NCBI GenBank assembly: GCA_963717865.1
Contig: CAVQXL010000005.1
Coordinates: 408,255 to 472,254, forward strand
Source: Candidatus Aminicenantes bacterium
GTDB lineage: Bacteria > Acidobacteriota > Aminicenantia > Aminicenantales > Saccharicenantaceae
Length of the DNA stretch: 64,000 nt
Reading direction: 5' to 3'
Both the position numbers and the translations under genes were made by a program. Below are positions 62,201 through 64,000 of the stretch, one piece after another. The notes under the pieces are model-generated. The model had not been told where the DNA came from. It ran no database searches and saw only the letters and a program-made list of their open reading frames with translations. Numbering within the stretch: the first letter of the stretch is position 1; every line of letters starts with the position of its first letter.

Positions 62201-63214
62201 GAGGGGCAGGATCGTCGTCCCGGCATACTTCCTGCCCGCGAGCTTCTCGCAGGTCTCGAGGATGTCCTGTTCGGTCGGCATGAAGACGAGGATGTCGCCC
62301 GGCGGCCGTCGCGCGGCCCTGAGCCTGTCCACGGCCTTGACGGCCTGCTCGACATAGTCCGTGTCCTCGGCCTGCCGGGATGCGTCGTCCTCGGCACTCG
62401 GTACTCGACCTCGACCGGGATACATCCGCCCGCCGACCTCGATGACGGGCGCGTCGTCCGAAGGCCTTGCGTGAACTTCTCCGTGTCGAGCGTCGCCGAG
62501 GTGATGATGAGCTTGAGGTCGGGCCGGCCGTCGAGGAGCGTCCGGGCGATGCCGAGCAGGAAATCGATGTTGAGGCTCCGCTCGTGGGCCTCGTCGATGA
62601 TGATCGTGTCGTATTCGTAGAGGCCGGGGGTCGCCCTGCGTCTCGGCCAGGAGCATGCCGTCGGTCATGATCTTGATGTAGGCGTCGCGCGAGGTCCTGT
62701 CCTGGAAGCGGATCTTGTAGCCGACCGACCGGCCCAGGGGCTCGCCGAGCTCCTCGGCGATGCGGTGGGCGATGGTGATGGCGGCGATGCGGCGGGGCTG
62801 GGTGACAGCCGATCTTGCCGTCGCGCCCCGCCCCGCCTCGAGGCACATCTTCGGGATCTGGGTGCTCTTGCCGCAGCCGGTCTCGCCCGAGATGATGACG
62901 ACCTGGTGGTCCCGGATGGCCCGGACGATGTCCTGGCGCCGGGCGACGATGGGCAGCTCGCGCGGATAGCGAAGGGCGGGACAGCGGGCGATCCGCTCCT
63001 CTTTCTCGCGGATGGATGCCTCGAGCCGCTTTTCGAGGCCGTTCAGGGCTTCGAGGGCGGTCTTCGGGTCGCGGATGCGCCGGCTCTTGTCGACGAGGGC
63101 TTGGAGCTTCCGGCCGACGTAGGCCCGGTCCCGGAGCATGGATTGCTGGAGGAGATTCCGCACCCTCCGGACAGCCGTCCCGATGTCCGGCTCTTCCGCC
63201 CGCGCCTTGTCCAT
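59228..63214 (-). pseudogene. hrpA: ATP-dependent RNA helicase HrpA (DEAH-box), frame broken many times
   Basis: Start ATG 63214 lies inside listed ORF 60683..63427. Motif I is ISGETGCGKSTQIP, followed by TQPRRIAAITIAHRIAEELG. Motif II is YDTIIIDEAHERSLNIDFLLG and motif III is IITSAT. Then ..DILVFMPTEQDI.., ..TNVAETSLTIPGIRYVVDTG.., and HA2/OB parts. The intact C-terminal 384-aa piece is 59228..60382. I estimate at least 12 frame changes. Confidence 0.85.
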
Positions 63215-63287
63215 GCCCGGATTGTACCAGATATCCGCGCCCAGGCGCGAGGTGAGCTCAGAAGGCCACCCCCTGCCCCCGACCCCA

Positions 63288-63307
63288 GGAACCTGTTGAC
63301 AGGTTCC
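63288..63307. promoter_or_regulatory. Perfect 9-2-9 palindrome upstream of hrpA (operator candidate)
   Basis: GGAACCTGT-TG-ACAGGTTCC, 74-93 nt upstream of ATG 63214. A 2-nt spacer is too short for an RNA hairpin, so a dimeric DNA-binding site is the more natural reading. Confidence 0.35.
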
Positions 63308-63643
63308 CCCGCCGGCAAGGCCGTCGGGCCCCCTTCCCAACGGGGGCCTGGGGGCGGCCTTCCTCGCTTTAAATTCCGCGCGCGCCCTTGCCTCCAGCCC
63401 TTTGAGAGAGTTCCGTTTCTGGATCACCTAACGCAGACATGTTCCTTATGATTCTTTTGCCGCTCCCAATGTCCGCTTGGTCCATCCCGTTCGTGCTCCC
63501 AGCCCACGAGCCGTTGCACACCGAATAGGATCGAATGGATCGCCGCGCGAAGGACGGAGGGGATATCCCGGAAGAAGCGGTTTGAGGGTGAGCGGGCACG
63601 GATCCCCGTTCCGGAGGACGGGGAGAGCGAACCCGAAATCCGA

Positions 63644-63672
63644 GAGGATTTTCCTCGCCGGGGAAAATCCTC
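63644..63672 (-). terminator. Stem-loop downstream of the 3'-terminal amidohydrolase gene
   Basis: GAGGATTTTCC-TCGCCGG-GGAAAATCCTC: a perfect 11-bp stem, 47 nt after the stop at 63719. On the minus strand it is followed by CTCGGATTTCGGGTT. A second 6-bp hairpin lies at 63604-63623. Confidence 0.35.
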
Positions 63673-63718
63673 GTCTTCTGGAGGGATGTCCCCGAGTCCT
63701 GAGCAGGCGATCCTTGCC

Positions 63719-64000
63719 TTACCTCAGGAACTGAAGGGACGTGTGCTCGCCGGGCTTGGCCTGATAGACCAATTTCCCATCCATGAACACGGCTTCGGGG
63801 ATGGACGTCGTCCCGAGGGGCTGGCCTCTCAGGATGAGGATGTCGGCGTCCTTGCCGGGCTCCAGGCTTCCGACCCTGTCGCCGATCCCGGCGATCCGGG
63901 CGGCGTCGATGGTCACGGCCCTGAGCGCCGCGTCCTCGGTCATCCCGTACCTGCAGGCGAACGCCGCGATCTCCAGGGGATCGCCTCCCGTCTGGCCGGC
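63719..64000 (-). CDS. Amidohydrolase-family protein, C-terminal fragment (5' end outside window)
   Basis: The frame is open to the window edge. ..IAGIGDRVGSLEPGKDADILILRG..AVFMDGKLVY.. is the typical C-terminal segment of imidazolonepropionase-like amidohydrolases. Confidence 0.75.
   Translation of the reverse strand, partial: AGQTGGDPLEIAAFACRYGMTEDAALRAVTIDAARIAGIGDRVGSLEPGKDADILILRGQPLGTTSIPEAVFMDGKLVYQAKPGEHTSLQFLR

Noticed and set aside
63215-63427. N-terminal extension of the hrpA ORF to 63427, as listed in the ORF track.
   Set aside because: The extension (MIQKRNSLKGLEARARAEFKARKAAPRPPLGRGPDG..) is low-complexity and covers the palindrome and repeat elements. Helicase-like sequence begins at MDKARAEEP (ATG 63214).
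63369-63440. 23-codon upstream ORF (MSALGDPETELSQRAGGKGARGI) on the minus strand, with an AAGGAA just before its ATG.
   Set aside because: The SD-to-ATG spacing is only about 2 nt. There is no codon-bias or conservation evidence. It is mentioned only as part of the hrpA upstream region.
63560-63600. SRP-RNA (4.5S) domain IV-like string CCCGGAAGAAGCGG.
   Set aside because: The flanks do not pair into the conserved GGAA-tetraloop helix with symmetric and asymmetric loops, so the resemblance is superficial.

Overview
GC-rich bacterial chromosomal segment. Third codon positions are almost all G/C. Gene content suggests an uncultured Acidobacteriota-like diderm, but that is only a guess. I count about 52 protein-coding loci. 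I found no rRNA, tRNA, CRISPR array, transposase, integrase or phage genes.

Content:
- Envelope polysaccharide and lipid genes: two GT4 glycosyltransferases, a WbaP-type priming transferase, a GT39-like transferase, LpxR and pgsA.
- Housekeeping genes: hflX, miaA, accB/accC, ffh, an IMPase and hrpA.
- Many secreted hydrolases: an S8 subtilase, an M14-like carboxypeptidase, three beta-lactamase-fold serine hydrolases, a formamidase and amidohydrolases.
- Several outer-membrane beta-barrels.
- Transport: a TolC-MFP-RND efflux operon, a MacA-like/ABC-ATPase/Yip1 operon and an ABC-2 exporter.
- A two-subunit molybdenum hydroxylase with divergent XdhC/MocA maturation genes.

The dominant technical feature is that about 20 loci are broken by single-nucleotide indels, mostly 1-nt insertions. 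These occur in dense clusters (ffh, RND/MFP, hrpA, 33-36 kb), while neighbouring genes are intact. I read this as local consensus error rather than gene decay. Those loci are listed as disrupted ('pseudogene' type), with the product inferred by joining frames by eye.

I did not find a clear-cut new system. The best leads are:
- an AttH/CrtC-like hydratase domain fused to a polyprenyl synthase, next to a LOG gene;
- a MacA/ABC-ATPase operon with a Yip1-domain membrane protein where the FtsX permease should be;
- a Tat-exported Mo-hydroxylase translationally coupled to a His-free membrane protein, plus a separately promoted tandem 'C...CQLGxF' mini-protein;
- phased GTCTCGC repeats at the ffh promoter;
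- an 18-bp-arm inverted repeat over a start codon;
- a 0.5-kb non-coding stretch upstream of hrpA.

All family assignments are from motif recognition by eye. No searches were run.
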